63,150 nucleotides of DNA from IMG/VR virus record IMGVR_UViG_3300045974_000110, positions 1 through 63,150 of that record; one strand, given 5' to 3'. Every line of letters begins with the position of its first letter. Position 1 is the stretch's first letter. The translations under genes and the position numbers were made by a program. Of this stretch, positions 63,120-63,150 are shown in pieces. The notes below the pieces were generated by a model. That model was not told where the DNA came from and did no database searches. It was given only the letters and a program-made list of their open reading frames with translations. Source of the stretch: a virus. Taxonomy: Duplodnaviria > Caudoviricetes.

Positions 63120-63150
63120 CTACTACTATCCTTGCAGGTCAGGGGCCTAT

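Overview
The window is most of a high-GC, long-tailed (siphovirus-like) bacteriophage genome. The host is probably an actinobacterium, given a WhiB gene and actinobacterial-type SOS boxes. From 1 to 27.3 kb the + strand carries virion and lysis genes: capsid, neck/appendage, tail tube, frameshifted tail chaperone, tape measure, minor tails, holin and endolysin. Terminase and portal are not in the window. From 27.4 to 61.6 kb the - strand carries DNA-metabolism and early genes: Ntn protease, phosphoesterase, PD-(D/E)XK nuclease, WhiB, DNA methylase, RusA, Rpf-like lipoprotein, HAD-DUF5664 fusion, beta clamp, oligoribonuclease, SNF2 helicase, SSB-like protein, MazG, tyrosine recombinase and a MoxR AAA+/vWA pair. 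Most notable: (1) a gene-free stretch of about 1.3 kb (61.6-62.9 kb) tiled with operator-like motifs, including about 10 LexA/SOS-box-like palindromes at roughly 29-bp spacing and a perfect CRP-type box; (2) a 73-nt tRNA-like RNA lacking a D-stem; (3) an APS-kinase/HxGH-nucleotidyltransferase fusion plus a TIGR03032/DUF4915-like gene inside the virion appendage operon; (4) an exported Ig-like/FMN-binding protein inserted in the tail operon; (5) a repeated long-hairpin plus RBS-sequestering leader module before early genes. All family calls come from motif recognition by eye; no searches were run.
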